A stretch of DNA of 37,112 bases from a virus (IMGVR_UViG_3300025296_002997:1-37112); one strand, 5' to 3'. Positions 8,645-17,161 are shown, numbered from the stretch's first letter. Numbers and translations: made by a program. The notes: generated by a model from the sequence alone, not told the origin.

Positions 8645-9626
8645 TATAGGTGTCTTACATCCGACTACCCCCCATCTTTTTGCAGACTTGATTGAGTTCC
8701 TTGCTGTGTTCGATGCAGGTGGTAAAGGGGAGCTACATAAAAATGATGTCATCAATATAGTGAATGGTGTTCCTCTATCTGATGATGAAGTGGATGATGA
8801 GCAAGATTTTCAAGATTTAGATACTGTTTCTGATGCTGGAAAAAATGATATCAAAGAAAGCAGAGTTGAGGATGTTTGGACTCACTTAGAGTATAGGCAG
8901 TCTGTATTAGGTGAGAGCTACCCATTCAAAATAGAAGGTGATTTAATAATACTTAATTCAGATTGGCAGGATCCAAGACATAAGGTTTATCGGTTTTTGC
9001 TTGCCACATCTCGATTACGTTCGTTTAGAGAAGGTGTAAGAAATAAGTGGTCGAGAGCATTTGCAGAAGTTTCAGCATTTGCAATGAGATCCTTATTGCC
9101 GAATCATGCAGTAGTTAAAGTTTTTGATGCTAACTCTGAAGATCGCAAAAATTTTTATGGTAGTGACTGTAGAGAAGCACTTGTTAAGTTAGGGAAGCAA
9201 TTATGTGTTTATAAAGTACATGAAGACGAGATTATGAAAAGGAGTTCTTCTGGGGATGGGGGAATTGACTTAGTGGGTGTTCTTTCTTTTGATGATCAAG
9301 CTCATGGCTCACATATTGTTTTTGGTCAGTGTGGCGCACAGGAGAAAAATTGGCCCGATAAGAGGCTTGAGGCACACCCTTTACGTTTAAACGCTTATTT
9401 TCATATTGTTCATGATGTAATCACTACAATGTTCACTCCAGTTTTGTTTCGCTCATCAACGGGGGAGTGGGAGAAAAATATTAGCGTTACAGGGGTAGTT
9501 GTTCTAGACCGTATTCGAATTCTGAATCTAATAGAAAAGGGCAACGCCTTTGAGGACATTGCTCAGCAGGCCTATTTTCAAGCTTTCGAACATGAGTTTG
9601 GGAATTACTCAATTCCTCTTCGTTAA
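8628..9626 (+). CDS. Hypothetical protein with a PD-(D/E)XK restriction-endonuclease-like C-terminal motif
   Basis: AFAEVS...SGDGGIDLVG.......IVFGQC resembles the Mrr-like (E)..GDGGID..Q core; overlaps the ParB-like gene by 17 nt. Confidence 0.65.
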   Translation: MMMTFDIGVLHPTTPHLFADLIEFLAVFDAGGKGELHKNDVINIVNGVPLSDDEVDDEQDFQDLDTVSDAGKNDIKESRVEDVWTHLEYRQSVLGESYPFKIEGDLIILNSDWQDPRHKVYRFLLATSRLRSFREGVRNKWSRAFAEVSAFAMRSLLPNHAVVKVFDANSEDRKNFYGSDCREALVKLGKQLCVYKVHEDEIMKRSSSGDGGIDLVGVLSFDDQAHGSHIVFGQCGAQEKNWPDKRLEAHPLRLNAYFHIVHDVITTMFTPVLFRSSTGEWEKNISVTGVVVLDRIRILNLIEKGNAFEDIAQQAYFQAFEHEFGNYSIPLR

Positions 9627-10568
9627 TCAAAACCATATGTTAGGCAATGCACGTGCTACTGCCTCAAAAAGGGGCGGTGGCACCGCATTACCTACTACTT
9701 TGTAGCGCATGCTCATGCTGCCCGACTTATGTTCTGGAAACGCAAGATCTTCAAAACCTTGTAGCTTGGCTGCCTCGCGATAGCTAAAACGGCGTGCAGG
9801 TCCATCGTGTGTAAAACGCCACACGTTGTGCTCAAGCTTCTCCAATGGTGGGCTCATCGGGTGCAGTGGCATGTGGCGCGGGTTGGCGACAATCGTTTTC
9901 GATTGTTCATTCCAGCCGTTCCGGCGGTTTCTGGAGAGGTAGTACCAGTGAAAATCGAGATCGTAAAACTCACCTTCCGGCCACTCAGGCATACCGCCAA
10001 TGGCGTCTTCTATGGTGGCTTTAGCTGGCCCGCCTAAGATGCCATGGGTCGGCTGGGGGAACTCATACTCAATCCCAAAGTCGTCACGAATCCCGACGAT
10101 AAAAATTCTCTTTCGCTCCTGGGCAACGCCAAAATCTGCTGAATTAAGCACTTGGAATGAAACGTTATAGCCAGCCTCAGTGAACACACGGAGCTGATCC
10201 TGTAGCAGGTGGGCGTAATTTTTACGCACCATGCCAGAGACATTTTCAACGATGAACGCTTTTGGCTTGATCTGGTTCAGGGCACGGGCAAATTCGAGAT
10301 AAAGGGTGTTGATTTGGCGACCAGCATCACGCACGCCGCCTTGGCTAAACCCTTGGCATGGGTAGCAGCCCACTAGTAACTCAGCATCAGGGAAATGTTC
10401 TATTCCACTTATGCTTCCAAGGCGGTAGTCAGTCTCTGGATGGTTGTGCTCATAAACTGCCTGCGCATACGCCAACACATCGTTGGCCATCAGCACATCA
10501 AAGCCAGCATTGATGATGCCAGCGTCGGAGCCCCCGCAACCTGAGAAAAGTGACACTGCTGTTGGCAT
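9627..10568 (-). CDS. DNA (cytosine-5)-methyltransferase
   Basis: Motif I LFSGCGG, IV YPCQGFS, VI ENV, VIII QERKRIF, IX RRFSYREAAKLQGF, X YKVVGNAVPP. Confidence 0.95.
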   Translation of the reverse strand: MPTAVSLFSGCGGSDAGIINAGFDVLMANDVLAYAQAVYEHNHPETDYRLGSISGIEHFPDAELLVGCYPCQGFSQGGVRDAGRQINTLYLEFARALNQIKPKAFIVENVSGMVRKNYAHLLQDQLRVFTEAGYNVSFQVLNSADFGVAQERKRIFIVGIRDDFGIEYEFPQPTHGILGGPAKATIEDAIGGMPEWPEGEFYDLDFHWYYLSRNRRNGWNEQSKTIVANPRHMPLHPMSPPLEKLEHNVWRFTHDGPARRFSYREAAKLQGFEDLAFPEHKSGSMSMRYKVVGNAVPPPLFEAVARALPNIWF

Positions 10569-10664
10569 GACGTTTTCCTAAACCTTAGCTCCCTCACGGG
10601 ATGGTGATATTCGAGAGGGTGGGATTCTAACGCCCCCTGGTGACGTTGGCACACCCCCGGTGCG

Positions 10665-10704
10665 TTATTTCTTTATTTCGTTATTTCGTCATAGCGTTAT
10701 TTCA
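10665..10704. repeat. 8-bp-period direct repeats (TTATTTCN)
   Basis: TTATTTC at 10665, 10673, 10681 and 10697, with a degenerate unit at 10689. Confidence 0.7.
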
Positions 10705-10711
10705 CGCCATT

Positions 10712-11015
10712 TTAGTGCCTCAATGATGACGTGGCCAGCGCTCTTTTTGCCGCCCCCTCATCCGTATACGCCTTCATCAGCTCATCCCAATGCGTCGTAT
10801 AGCGCGGGCTACGGTTCGCGCAGCGTAGGTGCCAGGGGGCGCACATGATGGGCGGGCGTGCCCATTTTCACGCCCAGGGCTTTGAGCTCGTTGGAGCGGG
10901 CGACGATGCAGCCGTCGTTATTCGACATGATGCCCACCGCCCGGCGGTTCAGCTTGGGATTGAACACGCGCTCGCAGCTCACGTAGAAGTTGTTGCAGTC
11001 CACTAACCCGATCAT
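10712..11015 (-). pseudogene. umuC: umuC (Y-family Pol V subunit) with large internal deletion and frameshift
   Basis: N-terminus LVDCNNFYVSCERVF..SNNDGC..ARS joined near 10840 to an out-of-frame C-terminus WHLRCANRSPRYTTHWDEL (stop 10714..10712). Confidence 0.88.
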
Positions 11016-11041
11016 GTCGCCTCCTTAACCCTTGTTAAATG

Positions 11042-11057
11042 CTGTTCGTTTATACAG
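11042..11057 (-). promoter_or_regulatory. LexA (SOS) box of the umuC remnant
   Basis: CTGT-TCGTTTAT-ACAG; minus-strand TTGCCT-N17-TAATAC promoter adjoins it. Confidence 0.8.
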
Positions 11058-11131
11058 TATTAGGCATTAGGGAGGCGACAGGCAAACGCTAATATACGTC
11101 GCTGAATATGGAGCTAGCACAGGGCAACAGC

Positions 11132-11482
11132 ATGCGAGTGACCTACTTGGGGCCTGCCGTGGTGGGGGTGGAGCACCCGGCGGTAGCGGAGATGGACCGG
11201 CGAAAATTTCCGCCGACCTGTTTTCTGGTGGAGATCAGCGAAGAGGCGCACCCCGGTGGGCCATGGATGGAAGGCGACGTACTGGTGGTGGACGAAGCGC
11301 GCTCGTATGGCCACGCGGATCTGGTAGTGGCGGAGGTAGAGGGCGAGTACCGATTGTTCAAAACCCAGCGCGTCGGCAGCCGCTGCCGCCTGTTGCCGCC
11401 CACGGGTGGGGAAGGGTGCTTCATCACCGCGAAGCAGTTTCGTGGGGTGGTGGTCAGGCAGGCGCGGTGTTGGGCGTTGTAG
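11132..11482 (+). CDS. UmuD/S24-peptidase-like protein with degenerate active site
   Basis: PPTCFLVEI....EGDVLVVDE....HADLVVAEVEGEY..FK...RGVV matches the UmuD fold pattern but has no GxSM serine; start may be 11108. Confidence 0.65.
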   Translation: MRVTYLGPAVVGVEHPAVAEMDRRKFPPTCFLVEISEEAHPGGPWMEGDVLVVDEARSYGHADLVVAEVEGEYRLFKTQRVGSRCRLLPPTGGEGCFITAKQFRGVVVRQARCWAL

Positions 11483-11620
11483 GTGGATTAAATTTTTAAG
11501 ATAAGATCTTCCTTTACGGTATCGCTTTTGATATCTTGATTTTGGTATCGAAAATGATACCGATAGGGCTGCGGGTTTGTCCCGCAATAATTATTCACTG
11601 TTTCAACGTGGAGAAAATAA

Positions 11621-12106
11621 ATGCCATTGCTCATCCGTCCATCCGGTGATTTGGAAGAAAAGCTCGACCATTTTTCAAAGAAAATGGGCCAGTCCAAAAA
11701 TTCAATAGTCTCAGAAGCTCTAAGTGACTATTTCGCAAAGCACTCTGCCTCTCAGGTTCTTCTGGAACAAGAGGTCAAAGAGAGCGCATTTGATCGTATG
11801 CTTCAAGCGAGGGAGCAAGATCCTAAGCGCTATCAGGAAGCGACAGAGGTGTTAGATTGGATTCAGCGCCGCCTATTATGGACTGCGACTGAAAATCCAT
11901 CTGGTAAGATAAGAGAAGCGTTATACGGGATCAATGAAGTAGAAAGCTTCATATATCAAGAAGGTAGTGATGACTCGCTGCTACTTGTGGTTAACCATCT
12001 TTCTAATCCACCTCCGCGAGGTACGGCTCGTTACCTGCGCTATTTGATCCCATTTCAAGATTGGAAGAATAATATGAGAATCGTTTCTCATGAGCCCAAT
12101 TATTGA
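11621..12106 (+). CDS. CopG/RHH-like N-terminal domain protein, unknown C-terminus
   Basis: LLIRPSGDLEEKLDHFSKKMGQSKNSIVSEALSDYF; GGAGA RBS; AT-rich. Confidence 0.7.
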   Translation: MPLLIRPSGDLEEKLDHFSKKMGQSKNSIVSEALSDYFAKHSASQVLLEQEVKESAFDRMLQAREQDPKRYQEATEVLDWIQRRLLWTATENPSGKIREALYGINEVESFIYQEGSDDSLLLVVNHLSNPPPRGTARYLRYLIPFQDWKNNMRIVSHEPNY

Positions 12107-12139
12107 AAATAATCTGATTTTAAGATTTTTTATGGAAAG

Positions 12140-13129
12140 CTAGAGAGTGATTATTTCTAGCTTTATACGGGTGTTAAACCCCCCATCATTCAGCGAGTGC
12201 GTGACCTCGCTCACCAGCCAGGCCGTGGCGTCGATCTGAGGCTTGAAGCCCGCGAGCGTGAGCGGAGTTTCGGGCAGTAGGTCGGCGCGACCCAATGCCA
12301 ACGTTAGCTCAAATTCTGCCAGGCCTCGTTGGATGCGCTGCCATTCGGCGCGGGCGGCGGCTAGGGCGTCGTCTTCGGTGGCGAAGGTGGGGCGTAGCTG
12401 TTTGGCGTTCTCTTCCGTGCCTGCCAGAACGGTGTGGCGCTCTGCGCCTCGTGTGTCGTTCCAGTAGGCTTTCACACCGCTGTAGGCGTCGCGGTCGGTC
12501 ACGCTGTAACGGTGCTGGTCGCCGTCGCGGCGGGTGAGGGTGATGGCGGGCATGGCGCGGCCGCTGGCCGTTAGCCCTTGGCCGGCCACGGTGAACAGCA
12601 TGCGCCCGGCTTTGATGGCGGCGATCGCATCGTAACGCTCGCCCAGGCGGGTGAGAAAATTCAGGTCGGATTCGTCGGTCTGGTCGATATGGCCAATGCG
12701 GATGCCGTTGAGCGCGGCGGCCACCACTGGCTCCAGGCGGTTGCGGCCTGCGATGGTGGTGACGATCTCGCCCAGCGTGACATCGTGCCAGCCCTGGGTG
12801 CGCTTGCCGGGCAGTTGGCCGCGCATATCCGCCGAGCGGGCGCGGATGGTGAGCTGGTCCGGCGTGCCCGTGTGCTGCACTTCATCCACCGTAAAGCGGC
12901 CCTTATCCACCAGCCCTTCCTCTTGCCAGCCAAAGGCCACCTGCAGCTCTGCCCCGCGAGGGGGAATGGCGAGCTGGCCGTCGTGGTCGGCCAGGGTAAT
13001 GTCCAGCTGGTCGGCTTCCAGCCCGCGCTGCTCGCGCAGGGTGAGGCTGATCAGGCGGCCGTTGATGCGCGGGGTGATGTCGGTGCCATCCAGCGTGATG
13101 CGATAGCTGGGCTTGGGGTAAGCGTTCAT
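12140..13129 (-). CDS. gpD: P2 gpD-like late control/baseplate hub protein
   Basis: RLISLTL...RGLEADQL.I.L.D; QTDESDLNFLTRL; synteny. Confidence 0.92.
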   Translation of the reverse strand: MNAYPKPSYRITLDGTDITPRINGRLISLTLREQRGLEADQLDITLADHDGQLAIPPRGAELQVAFGWQEEGLVDKGRFTVDEVQHTGTPDQLTIRARSADMRGQLPGKRTQGWHDVTLGEIVTTIAGRNRLEPVVAAALNGIRIGHIDQTDESDLNFLTRLGERYDAIAAIKAGRMLFTVAGQGLTASGRAMPAITLTRRDGDQHRYSVTDRDAYSGVKAYWNDTRGAERHTVLAGTEENAKQLRPTFATEDDALAAARAEWQRIQRGLAEFELTLALGRADLLPETPLTLAGFKPQIDATAWLVSEVTHSLNDGGFNTRIKLEIITL

Positions 13130-13569
13130 ACATAGCCTCCTGCTAAACGCGCCACGGCGGGCAGTGCTAGGCGGCCAATCAGGTCGGTGCGCTCATCATC
13201 GACGTGTTCTAGCGTGAGGTTGAACTCGATTTTCTCTGCCGCGCCGTCGCGGAAAAAGTGCGAGCTGGTCTCTTCCACGCGGGTCACCACCCAAAGGCCG
13301 TACTGGCGGCCGGTGCCTTCGACCAGCGGCCAGGCGTTGCCCTGGTCGGCCATCTCGCGGATCTCATCCAGGCTAAAGCGGCCGCCGGTGAATGTGGGCA
13401 GCAGGGTGCCGCTTAAAGTGATGGTATCCGCGCCTGGGCCTGCGAACTGGTAAGCGGGCCGCTGCCCCACGCGGGATTGGCTGGGGTGCCGCCATTCGGT
13501 GATGCGCTTTAATTCCTGATAGGGCACGCTACGGGTCTCAAATACGAACATGCCAAGGGCCATTAACAT
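13126..13569 (-). CDS. gpU: P2 gpU-like tail protein
   Basis: MLMALGMFVF...VPYQ....WRHPSQSRVG.RPAYQF.GPG. Confidence 0.9.
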   Translation of the reverse strand: MLMALGMFVFETRSVPYQELKRITEWRHPSQSRVGQRPAYQFAGPGADTITLSGTLLPTFTGGRFSLDEIREMADQGNAWPLVEGTGRQYGLWVVTRVEETSSHFFRDGAAEKIEFNLTLEHVDDERTDLIGRLALPAVARLAGGYV

Positions 13570-14203
13570 GATGTTTAGTCTCCTGATTAAGTTGAATGAC
13601 AAGATCAATAGCAGAGTTCGAGTGCTTTCAGAGAAAGCTAAGTTGAAAAGGAGCAGCAAGAAGGAAGATGGCCATGGTATTTTTGCAGCTAAGTTAATAG
13701 TGGTTTTCTTATCACAGTATCTTATATCAATATTTATATTGGCTATGTATTTTGCAGCGCTTAACCAGGGAGACGGTTTGAGTGATGCAGCTGTTTATTC
13801 AGCACTTAAAAGTGTTGGTGCTAAAGATTTTCTATACGTGGCTATAGGTGTTGCTGCGATTTCATTAGTAGATGGTGTCAATAAAGTGGCTTTGGCTCTG
13901 TTAATCATGTATGCAGGCGTCCTAATCGTTTTGATGCAGATTGTCATGTGGATTCCAGAAGACCTTGAATTCTCGGCGCAACACTCAGTTATACAAAGGA
14001 CGATTTCTGTCTCACTCCTCACGATTTTTGTATGCATGTTCTGGATACCGGTGAATGCAGTCATTGTGTTGGTTTCACGTATAGCTAATCTAGGTCACGC
14101 ATCGAAGAACGAATCCGCGCAGCTTTCTCACGCTCCCTCCGATCTAGCTCACGACCTACGATACTCGCGATCTCGTGCGCGTCGCTCCCGGGCGCAGCGT
14201 TAA
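13568..14203 (+). CDS. Putative multi-pass (about 4 TM) membrane protein moron, antisense to the tail operon
   Basis: AT-rich insert between tape measure and gpU; only the + frame is long and carries several hydrophobic segments; start uncertain. Confidence 0.55.
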   Translation: MMFSLLIKLNDKINSRVRVLSEKAKLKRSSKKEDGHGIFAAKLIVVFLSQYLISIFILAMYFAALNQGDGLSDAAVYSALKSVGAKDFLYVAIGVAAISLVDGVNKVALALLIMYAGVLIVLMQIVMWIPEDLEFSAQHSVIQRTISVSLLTIFVCMFWIPVNAVIVLVSRIANLGHASKNESAQLSHAPSDLAHDLRYSRSRARRSRAQR

Positions 14204-16658
14204 TCGTGATGTGGTAGTGGTTACTCGAGTTATCGACGTGCTGTACCGATGCCTGGCTGCTGAGCGGCGGCCGGTTATCGAACTGGATGGGGGCCTGCTG
14301 CTCGATGCTGGGCATCGCCACGGCGGGCAGGGCGGCTGCCCCGATTGCCAGCCCGGCACCGGCACGGGTGACGCGCCGGGCGATCTCTTGAATGCGCCTG
14401 GCGGGTTCGTCCCGCTGGGAGTCCAATCCTTTATTAAGGCCATCCACCGTGTAGCCGCCTAGCTGGGTGAACACGCGGGAGGGGCTGTTGATATCCAGCA
14501 CGTCGGCAAACCAGCTACGCACGTTGCCTGCCATGCCCACCACGCGGTCGCGTAGGTCGGCCAGCTTGCCGGTTAGCCCGCTCATCAGGCCATCCACAAT
14601 GGCGCTGCCCAGCGAGCGGAATTGCTCGGGGATCTCGACGCCCAGCGCGGAAAGCGCGGTGGTAATGCCCCGGTACAACAGCCCTAACGGCGACCAGTTC
14701 ATGAGCAGCTGCGCGACTGCCCCTAGCCCATCACCGAACGCGGTTTTCACCTGTTGCCATAGGCCTTGGAAGAAGGCTTTGATGGGTTCCCAGTAGCGGT
14801 AGATGAGATACGCCGCAGCGGCAATGGCGGCCACCGCTGCGCCAATGGGGTTGGCGACGGCCAGCATACCCACGGCGCGAATCACCCCGCCTAACCAAGT
14901 AAGCGCTTTACCCACCATTAGCGCCTGCGGGCCGAGCATCGCCATGCCAAAGCGCACCATAGCGAAGGGGCCGAGGATGGAGGCGAGCATTAGCGTAAGG
15001 GCGCCGCCCGCTGCCACCAGCACCGCCACCAGGGCGGCGGCTTTGGCGAGGGTGCCTGCCAGTTTGGGGTTTTCGTTGATCCAGCGGCCGATGCCGCGAG
15101 TAATGGCGGTGACGTTCTGAATCAGACCGCGCAGCGCGCCGTTATTGGTCTCGGTAATTGAGATGCCCACTTCATCCCAGGCCGATTTGAGCGATTTGAG
15201 GTCGCCGCCGATGTTGTCGGCCATGGTTTTGGCCACCCGGGCGTTTTCGCCAGCGGCGTTGGAGAGGATCTCGACAAACGCTTCGATGCCTTCGCTGCCC
15301 TGCTGGGCGATTAGTTCTGCCATGCCTGCGCCGGGTTCTTCGCCGAAGATGTCTTTTAAGTAGGCGGCGCGGTCGGCGTTGCCCATCGCTTCGGTGGCTC
15401 TCGCTACGTCGGTGAGGATGCGGGGGATATCGCGCAGGTTGCCTTCGGCGTCTTTGGCGTTCACGCCGAGGTCGGCCAGCGCCCCGGCGGCGGCTCCGGT
15501 GGGCGCGGCCAAGCGGGTGACCATGGCGCGCAGCGTGGTGCCTGCCTGGCTGCCTTGAATACCCACGTTGCCCAGCAGCCCGGCCATGGCGGCGGATTGC
15601 TCCAGCGACATATTCATCGCCCGCGCTTGCGGGGCTACGTACTTCATCGACTCGCCCAGCATCTCTAAATCGACGTTGGCCCGCGTGGTGGTGGCGGTGA
15701 GCACATCGCCCACGCGGCCCATTTCGGCGGGGTCTAACCCAAAGCCGGAGAGGATGTTGGAGGAGATATCCGCCGTGCGGGCGAGATCCGTTTGGTTGGC
15801 CAGTGCCAGGTTGAGCATATCCGGCATGGCCGCTTGAATGGCGGCGGGGTCGAAACCGGCCATGGCCAAGTAGCCTTGGGCATCGGCGGATTGCCCGGCG
15901 CTAAACGCGGTGGTAGCCCCTAGCTCCCGCGCTTGCTGGCGAAGCGCTGCCAGGCGTTCGTCGTTTTCCTCCAGGCGGGTGAGTGCCTGCACCCGCGACA
16001 TGGATTCCCCGTATTCAACACCGGGGGCCAGTAGCCGCGCCCCGGCGTACAGCGCCGCACCGCCGCTGGCCACCATGCCCGCGCCGGTACCGGCCATGCT
16101 GCTGCGCAGGCTCATGGCGCGGTCGTATCGGCCACGCGCCTGTGCGGCGTTGCGCTGCTGTTCGGCCAGCCGTTTTAGCCGCTGCCGCTGCTCTTCCACG
16201 GCGGTATTGGCCTGCTGGATCTCGCTGGAAAGCCGGCGTTGATCGCGGGAGAGGTGGGCGGTGCTGACGCCGTTTTCGTTTAGGGTGCTGCGCAGCCGCT
16301 GAAGCTGCTGGCGTTCTTCATCCACCCGCTGGCTGAGCCTGCGCGCTTGGGTAATGGCCTTTTGACGTTCGGCGCGCAGGGCGGCGGTGTCGCCCTGGTG
16401 GGTGTGCATTTGCTGCGAGAGGCGGCGAATGCGCTCTTGCTGTTCCCGCAGGGCGGTGGCGGTTTCCGTGGATTGCCGGGTGAGGGTACGAAAGGAGCTG
16501 ACGTTCTTCTGCGTGGCCTGCAGCTGCTTTAAGCGGTCGCGGTTTTCACGCATGGCCTGAGACGCGGCCTGGCTGGCACGGTCGATGGCCCGCAGCGGGC
16601 GGGTAGCCCTATCCACGGCGTTTAAAATGACCTGCAGCTTGAGGTTGTTACCGGCCAC
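14085..16658 (-). CDS. gpT: Tail tape measure protein (TP901-type core)
   Basis: LQVILNAVDRATRPL; ARELGATTAFSA..A.A..YLAMAG; GIQGSQAGTTLR. Confidence 0.93.
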   Translation of the reverse strand: MAGNNLKLQVILNAVDRATRPLRAIDRASQAASQAMRENRDRLKQLQATQKNVSSFRTLTRQSTETATALREQQERIRRLSQQMHTHQGDTAALRAERQKAITQARRLSQRVDEERQQLQRLRSTLNENGVSTAHLSRDQRRLSSEIQQANTAVEEQRQRLKRLAEQQRNAAQARGRYDRAMSLRSSMAGTGAGMVASGGAALYAGARLLAPGVEYGESMSRVQALTRLEENDERLAALRQQARELGATTAFSAGQSADAQGYLAMAGFDPAAIQAAMPDMLNLALANQTDLARTADISSNILSGFGLDPAEMGRVGDVLTATTTRANVDLEMLGESMKYVAPQARAMNMSLEQSAAMAGLLGNVGIQGSQAGTTLRAMVTRLAAPTGAAAGALADLGVNAKDAEGNLRDIPRILTDVARATEAMGNADRAAYLKDIFGEEPGAGMAELIAQQGSEGIEAFVEILSNAAGENARVAKTMADNIGGDLKSLKSAWDEVGISITETNNGALRGLIQNVTAITRGIGRWINENPKLAGTLAKAAALVAVLVAAGGALTLMLASILGPFAMVRFGMAMLGPQALMVGKALTWLGGVIRAVGMLAVANPIGAAVAAIAAAAYLIYRYWEPIKAFFQGLWQQVKTAFGDGLGAVAQLLMNWSPLGLLYRGITTALSALGVEIPEQFRSLGSAIVDGLMSGLTGKLADLRDRVVGMAGNVRSWFADVLDINSPSRVFTQLGGYTVDGLNKGLDSQRDEPARRIQEIARRVTRAGAGLAIGAAALPAVAMPSIEQQAPIQFDNRPPLSSQASVQHVDNSSNHYHITINAAPGSDAHEIASIVGRELDRREREKAARIRSSMRDLD

Positions 16659-16845
16659 GCTGGCTCCTGGTGTCAGTGGTGGTGCTGCGTTTGCGCGCTC
16701 GTTCTCGCCAGGCCATGAGTTCGCGCAGGGTGAAGGCGGCGCAGTCTTGCGGGGTCCAGTGGAAGACGATGGCGAGATCCGCCATCGCGTCTTCTACCTG
16801 GTTGGGAAGGTTTATTCGCTCTCGCCCTTGGCCCGCTTCGTCAGC
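16648..16845 (-). CDS. gpE': gpE' extension read by -1 frameshift from gpE
   Basis: The -1 frame is open from the slippery site to TAA 16650..16648 and encodes MADLAIVFHWTPQDC...ELMAWRERARKRS. Confidence 0.85.
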   Translation of the reverse strand, partial: ADEAGQGRERINLPNQVEDAMADLAIVFHWTPQDCAAFTLRELMAWRERARKRSTTTDTRSQRGR

Positions 16846-17120
16846 AAAAAACCGGCGATTTCACCGCCGCATTGAACGAGATCCGCCGGGTCCATTTGGC
16901 GTACCTCGGTGGCGGTGAGCGAGGGGTTGGAGAGGCGCGGGATCAGGGTGATCAGCGCGTCGGTTTGCATCTGCAGCACATCGGCCAGCGAGACGCCGCG
17001 CAGCTCGCCAGAGGTAGGTTTGCGCAGGCGTAGCTCGGTGATCTCGGTCTCGCCCCGGGTGAGCGGGGTATCCAGGGTGATAGTCGCAGCGATGGCTTGG
17101 GTGGTGGCAGCTTTGGTCAT
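16812..17120 (-). CDS. gpE: Tail assembly chaperone gpE
   Basis: ITLDTPL.RG..EIT...LRKP..GELRG.SL. Confidence 0.9.
   Translation of the reverse strand: MTKAATTQAIAATITLDTPLTRGETEITELRLRKPTSGELRGVSLADVLQMQTDALITLIPRLSNPSLTATEVRQMDPADLVQCGGEIAGFLLTKRAKGESE
16845..16851 (-). other. -1 ribosomal frameshift slippery site TTTTTTG
   Basis: Same T6G sequence and position as P2 E/E'. Confidence 0.85.
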
Positions 17121-17161
17121 GGTGGTGTTCCTAGTGTTGGGTTAAGGGGAAAAGGGGCGGG

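Noticed and set aside
9627-10568. Assigning GGCC specificity or the symbol dcm to the methyltransferase
   Set aside because: The recognition region only resembles the HaeIII/BsuRI type and differs at several positions; specificity cannot be read from the sequence
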